Positions 60,524 through 64,000 of a stretch of 64,000 nt of DNA are shown here, piece after piece. The translations under genes and the position numbers were made by a program. The notes under the pieces are model-generated. The model did not search any database. It saw only the letters and a list, made by a program, of their open reading frames with translations, and was not told the DNA's origin. How positions within the stretch are numbered: the stretch's first letter is position 1; the number at the start of each line of letters is the position of its first letter. This DNA is from Craspedostauros australis (taxonomy: Eukaryota), in contig JALAGF010001187.1 of NCBI GenBank assembly GCA_030167865.1, forward strand, positions 1-64,000, read 5' to 3'.

Positions 60524-61837
60524 TCAATCGCATGTAATCATGTCCGATGTCCACATGGGTATGCCCCAGGCTGGCTTCTGTTCCATCTCGTTGAAAGCCA
60601 GCAGCGTGATGCGTGACTGCGCCAGCCGTATCGTCTTGACATTAGCACCATCAACTGCATCGCTGTCCACACCCGACGAAGGCTTCATGTCCATAGTCAG
60701 AGTGTGGTATATGTCAAGGATGGTGCCCTTCTTCTTTGGTACGACCGCGATCTCCGACATGATCGTATCGCCCGGTCTGCAGGCCACTCCATCGCCATCC
60801 ATCCGCACCAAACTGAGATCGTCGGCCGCGATGACGAAGAACACCAAGTTCTGCTCCTGCTGCATCTTCCGCAGGATTGCCGGACCGCCGAGGACATTCG
60901 TGCGAGGGCGTTCCATGTGATTCATGGCGGTCGGCAACGGCAGGTGCGTCGTCAAGTGCGGATCGAATTCGTCCCTCTGCGCATCGAAGGGATACCGCGC
61001 GACCGGTTCCACCTCGAACGGAGCTGGCAGCGGTATCCAGGATTGATCGTCACCGAGTGGACGCGCAATGGTGATTTTGGCTGTGTTGTACACCACGCTG
61101 GGATCGTCAATGGAACGGATTGTCACGGACCAGACATCGCGAACGTCTGAGTCGCGTTGCAGCAACGATCCCTCCACCACGTAGTCGTCGCCCAGCCGCA
61201 AGGCTGTCTTGAATTTCTGCTTGTTGACTTGGACGATTGTCCAATCTTCATGATCAAGCACCGTCTTCCCAGTGCTCTTATCTTCATCCTTTCCCACCTC
61301 GATGCCGATGTTGATGTCGTCGTGCTTGTCACTATCGATGTTGCGTGCAATTTTGGCGCAGCCGACGCCTTTCCATGTTGAGTGCATGGCACGATCGTAG
61401 GCTCGAAGGTAATTCACGTGCCACATGACGCCGTACGTATCGATGTCCTCCATGTACGTTCGCATTGGTTTGGATACGAATTGGGTTGCGTCATCGTTGA
61501 TGACGCTGCTGTTCTTTCTGCCGCTGCTGGTGCCGGTGGTGCCGCTTGGGCTGCTGGGTGACGAGGGTAATGATTGCTGTTTCGTCGCGCGTTCAGCCGT
61601 TTGCACATCGTCGGAGTCTTTGGAGTTGAGCAAATGCCGAAACTGGCTTCGTTTGCCACATGGTGCTGCCACGGGAGGAAGCGTCGCTGGCGCCACTGGA
61701 CGAAGAGGATCGCGATGGCAATGCGGGGAAGGATGGTTCAGAACGAATCCTTCGCATGCCACTGTGTACTGCAGTATCATCACAGGCATGATGAACATGA
61801 CCATCATCTTGGTACGCATGGATGGTATCAAATCCAT
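60524..61837 (-). CDS. Plastid-targeted hotdog-fold thioesterase (YbgC/4HBT-like, tandem domains; 437 aa)
   Basis: Signal peptide with CEG|FVL cleavage. MRTYMEDIDTYGVMWHVNYLRAYDRA matches the YbgC active-site motif; FKTALRLGD. Second, degenerate domain AQRDEFD...NHMERPRTNVLGG. Confidence 0.8.
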   Translation of the reverse strand: MDLIPSMRTKMMVMFIMPVMILQYTVACEGFVLNHPSPHCHRDPLRPVAPATLPPVAAPCGKRSQFRHLLNSKDSDDVQTAERATKQQSLPSSPSSPSGTTGTSSGRKNSSVINDDATQFVSKPMRTYMEDIDTYGVMWHVNYLRAYDRAMHSTWKGVGCAKIARNIDSDKHDDINIGIEVGKDEDKSTGKTVLDHEDWTIVQVNKQKFKTALRLGDDYVVEGSLLQRDSDVRDVWSVTIRSIDDPSVVYNTAKITIARPLGDDQSWIPLPAPFEVEPVARYPFDAQRDEFDPHLTTHLPLPTAMNHMERPRTNVLGGPAILRKMQQEQNLVFFVIAADDLSLVRMDGDGVACRPGDTIMSEIAVVPKKKGTILDIYHTLTMDMKPSSGVDSDAVDGANVKTIRLAQSRITLLAFNEMEQKPAWGIPMWTSDMITCD

Positions 61838-62007
61838 GTTTCACGACGTCACAGAAGCGCGATATCCGATGGCAACAACACGATGGTGAGTTGCCTGGTT
61901 GATGTCGCGTAGGGTACGACTAGTCGTACGAATATCACAGACGATGATGAGCCATCATCCACAACCACGCTACGAGGGTCCCTTCTTTCCTTCGTTTGCT
62001 GATGCAT

Positions 62008-62047
62008 TGATGGCTGATGGCTGATGGCTGATGGCTGATGGCTGATG
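62008..62047. repeat. (TGATGGC)n heptanucleotide tandem repeat
   Basis: About 5 consecutive TGATGGC units. Confidence 0.85.
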
Positions 62048-64000
62048 TTGGCTGTTGTTGATTGGTGCCATCGCCGCCGTTGCCTCCAAAGAAGATCTGC
62101 GTTGCGGAAGGTCCTCTGCCATCACATTCTCAAAGAAGAGCGTGGCGCATGCCGATGCGTTGTCGGAGTCAATCGAGTCGTTCTGTATCCGTGACTGGAG
62201 ACTCAGTGCAAGATACCAATCGCCAAATGGTGCCACCAACTTCGCGCCCAAAATTGCAGCTGCTCCATCATTCTTGGTCGTCTGTCATGTTCCTTGAAGC
62301 TCTAGATCTTCTTGCATGACACAACATCATTCAGCATCGTCGTCCTTCTTCGATCAGCAGATCAGCAACGTCAGAGTCATCGGTCATCCTGTTCCCGTCC
62401 ACCGCTCGACGAAGATCAAGAACCGACATCTCGTGCTATCGCACGATACATGTAGGTCATCATTCACTCTCAACCAGCAACAGAAGATGACAGTCAAATA
62501 ATCATAGTTAGCCTTTCACACGATCACAAGATGGACATGCCGATAAGGTGCGTCATGTGTTCAGATGCAAATTCCGGCATTTCCTTGTTGACTCCAAGAA
62601 ATGGATAAATCGAATCGACGTGCTCCACGATGATGCTCTGCACGCAAATCGAGTGCAACCTGGAAGTGCTCTATTCGTGGTTTGGTCATAATAGTAGTTG
62701 TTAGATTTATCGACAGATTCAAACACGGAATGTCGTCGGTCACGATTCTTGGCGATTTGCCGTGTTGTATTGGTTGACGCTTGATGATGTCACTGACCTC
62801 TCGAAACACGCAAGGAAATTTCTCTAGTTGGTGATCTGTCCAAAGCTGTCACATTTTTCCAAACACTTCCCTGCTGGTCCGCCCTTCCGTCACGGCATCA
62901 CGCTTCTGTTTGCGAATACTGACAATTCGCAGACTTCTGTCTCCCAAGGTGTGCGATCAAAATGGCGACCATCACACAAGAGGGAGGATCGACACCTCGC
63001 CAGCAGAGGCGGAGTGGAGGGAGAAACAACTGGAAGGAGATTCGAAATGCAGGAAGGAACGGTGCGACGAAGCCTTGGGACAGCGCAGCATCTGCTGCAT
63101 GTACCTGTGCGAGTATGAGTGGTTCGTGTGTAACATCAATCCGATAGCGACCCGATAACGCTTGGCCGTACTCGTGCGAGGACGATCTTTGGTATGCAAC
63201 CTCCTCCGATGATGTGCTCATTATCCGACAAGGCATCGCTGTGCTCCGATCAACCAACAGACTCATCAAACACATCGTGGGAGGGCATTCTCAGGCATTT
63301 GGAGGTACTCTCATACAGTCAACCAATCCAACCAGCTGGAGCGATGGATCGCCGGCCCCAAAATCATTTGGCTTTTGGATTAACTTCAACTTCCGCTTGG
63401 GCTCAGGATGGAGGCTGCATCGATAGCACCACCCGCAGCAGCAGCAGCGTCGGCGTCAGCGTCGGCGGAAGGACCAACTGGAGCTGCATACCGGTAAGCA
63501 ATCGCAACATTCCGTCGAGGCGTTTGGAACATGTGACGACACCGGGAAGACAACTCTTGAACAACCCCACACGGATCTCGCCAGAACCATCGCTTCACTC
63601 ACCGCTGCGTGTCCACGGCCAAGGGCTTGCAATGTCGAAGACTATCCATCGTGACGACAAGCATGACGACAACAATGGCAGAACCAACCACATGAACAAG
63701 CATGGCAATTGTGACACGGGGGCGAGCGATGATTTGGTCACGACACTCGATTCGTTGGACATGGATCAAATCCCGAACGTTGCGTGGACCGTGCATGATG
63801 ATGCATTCGAAGCAGCAGTCGAAGCAATTCAGCTCTCGGACTTGTCACATTCGAAACAACATCCAAAGCAAGTGCTCAAGACGCACCTTGACGACTCAGC
63901 GCTCTGCGCGCCGTTCATCATTCCACCCTTGGATCCGATGGAAGAGCTAGCCCAAAGGTCATCGTCAGCAAGCGCTGGCGACGCGGTGGCGATACCGTCG

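Noticed and set aside
61970..64000. Possible 3' exons of a minus-strand gene entering from the right edge (open frame DGIATASPALADDDLW... with donor-like GTGCGT ~63886 and GTGAGT ~63602), plus short ORFs at 62828-63426
   Set aside because: No recognisable product and an ambiguous splice path; it cannot be supported without downstream sequence.

Overview
Eukaryotic nuclear DNA, very probably from a diatom. The evidence is GT-AG introns, two bipartite plastid-targeting presequences with Phe at +1 after the signal peptide, and diatom-typical expanded gene families. I reconstructed 24 protein-coding genes by hand, 13 of them spliced (20 introns, all 203-1236 nt, every model frame-consistent): GCSH, MCM10, an Atg22-like MFS transporter, a C1GALT1-like GT31 protein, a MYND/MSS51-like protein, a 1165-aa trypsin with six repeated domains, NDOR1, an ankyrin protein, an ABHD17-like hydrolase, PC4/SUB1, a POLE4/CHRAC1-like histone-fold protein, UBE2G/UBC7, eIF5, a CUE-family-like coiled-coil protein, two paralogous atypical kinases, a 3-exon QCR8 that the ORF track does not show as a gene, a SOUL haem-binding protein, PTPMT1, an AK3-like adenylate kinase, a BET1-like SNARE, a C3orf33-like protein, a diatom-specific hypothetical protein and a plastid-targeted double-hotdog thioesterase. 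The first ~650 bp is an AT-richer, degenerate ~282-bp-period repeat. I saw no rRNA, tRNA, CRISPR array or intact transposase/RT. The best novelty candidates are the GT31 protein with both catalytic acidic motifs replaced (possible Cosmc-like pseudoenzyme), the putatively GPI-anchored trypsin with six uncharacterised modules, a lone weak-context uORF in the eIF5 leader, the atypical kinase pair and the plastid thioesterase. All family assignments come from motif recognition by eye, not from database searches.
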